DNA of 64,000 nucleotides from Antedon mediterranea. Its lineage: Eukaryota; Animalia; Echinodermata. The position numbers and the translations under genes are program-made. How positions within the stretch are numbered: position 1 is the first letter of the stretch; each line of letters starts with the position of its first letter. Below, one piece after another: positions 62,901 to 64,000 of this stretch. Under the pieces are notes generated by a model. That model saw nothing but the letters and a program-made list of their open reading frames with translations, had not been told where the DNA came from and did no database searches. The stretch is taken from the NCBI RefSeq assembly GCF_964355755.1, contig NC_092670.1:3090201-3154200 (forward strand), in the 5' to 3' direction.

Positions 62901-64000
62901 ATCGCGCGTAAGTCACGTTGCGCAATTGTAAACGTCATGAAAAGCTTCGCTTGACGACGTTACGTAAATGTCAATATGTTAAGATAGTTACCGAAATGTT
63001 ATGTTTGCGAGTTTTAGAGAAAAGCGTTACACAAAAATCATACAGAATGATTTCGTACAATCACAAGAGGTTATCCTGCAACTTCGTTGCGGATAACCAA
63101 TTAAGAAAAAGATGACTAGACATGTAACTCGTCACTTTGACGAGTTTGGTTATCCGCCGCGCAAGTGGTGCAACATTAACATTAAGGGGATAGGTTGAGG
63201 ACAAAAGGAAGTGTTCACGTTGGCATTATGACCTGAACTGAAGAATATGATATGTTGTTATTGCTGAATTTTATCTATATATAAATTCATATAATTATAG
63301 TATACACAGGATAATCTGTATCCATATCACATACAGTGTAGAATATGTGAACTTACGGGACCCGCTATTTATTGCAATTTTTAACATGTTGACGGTTTTA
63401 AAAGGAAACGCGAAGGTAGCAATTCCGAAAGGAAATTATCTCAGCAACAACGTATTAGCGTGTAGAAGAAATTTGAATACGTGAAATATTGATGCGCGCT
63501 CGTTTAAATGTAATGAATTATGACGCAAAAGATGAAAATACGACCTTTTTTATATAACTGACCATATGATGACGTCACAACATCCGATTGGCAACATTTT
63601 TACATAATTTCGTATCTAAAATTCAATAGCTTCCAGAAAAAGTTTTAATCGTGATTATCACATTTTATTCTTACGAGCTATAACAGATTAAAATTTACTG
63701 TAAAGATGAAATTAATGCCACACGTGATTTAAATTTTTAGGCATAATGACGTCAAAAAAATTAAAATATTTTTAACTCATGCGAAAGATAGTTGATTGAC
63801 CTAGACAATATCAAAATCGGGGTGAAAATGGAAAACGAATAAGTGGAGATGCGCTCTATTCAATGTGATGAGCTATGACGAAAGATACAAAAATCCTAAA
63901 TTTTATATTTGCGTGGCCATACGATGACGTCACAATGTCCGGTTAGCCATATCAATACCTGATCCGATATCTACCACTCATCTACTTCCAGAATATGTCA
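56965..64000 (-). repeat. Continuation of the HINE array (5 copies; first lacks its CTAG end, last truncated by window)
   Basis: Unit starts at 58416, 60016, 61535 and 63116, with the same termini and body as the left array. Confidence 0.9.

Noticed and set aside
1244-63115. Recurrent 60-73 aa ORFs (MSNSTCSYDV..., MLFGFRHMLN..., MRNCKRHEK...) in each repeat unit
   Set aside because: They recur only because the DNA is repeated. Many start at TTG, they are broken by stops or frameshifts in other copies (e.g. TGA at ~982), and they show no domain features.

Overview
Eukaryotic, AT-rich, intron-containing animal DNA (probably a marine invertebrate; the taxon cannot be determined from sequence alone) made almost entirely of rolling-circle transposon (Helentron) sequence. 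About 17 copies of a ~1.5-1.6 kb non-autonomous Helentron (HINE/DINE-1 architecture, all on the - strand) occupy 1-23061 and ~56965-64000. They flank a ~34 kb autonomous-type Helentron (23062-~56960). This large element encodes a ~3077-codon polyprotein (TM, PHD, herpes-tegument-like DUB, OTU, 18-aa repeats, Rep, PIF1 helicase, APE endonuclease) broken by one nonsense codon. It also carries a spliced OB-fold (RPA-like) gene and a decayed antisense gene. The most notable structure is that the array is not a simple tandem satellite. The junctions show that copies inserted into a ~40-bp microsatellite linker just inside, or exactly at, the 5' end of earlier copies, displacing their ~55-bp terminal caps. 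The displaced caps stack in last-in-first-out order, and cap type matches body type through co-varying subTIRs. Secondary insertions include a pogo-type MITE beside an excision footprint, a TTAA Kolobok-like element and L2 LINE fragments. The many short ORFs in the repeat units are not genes.
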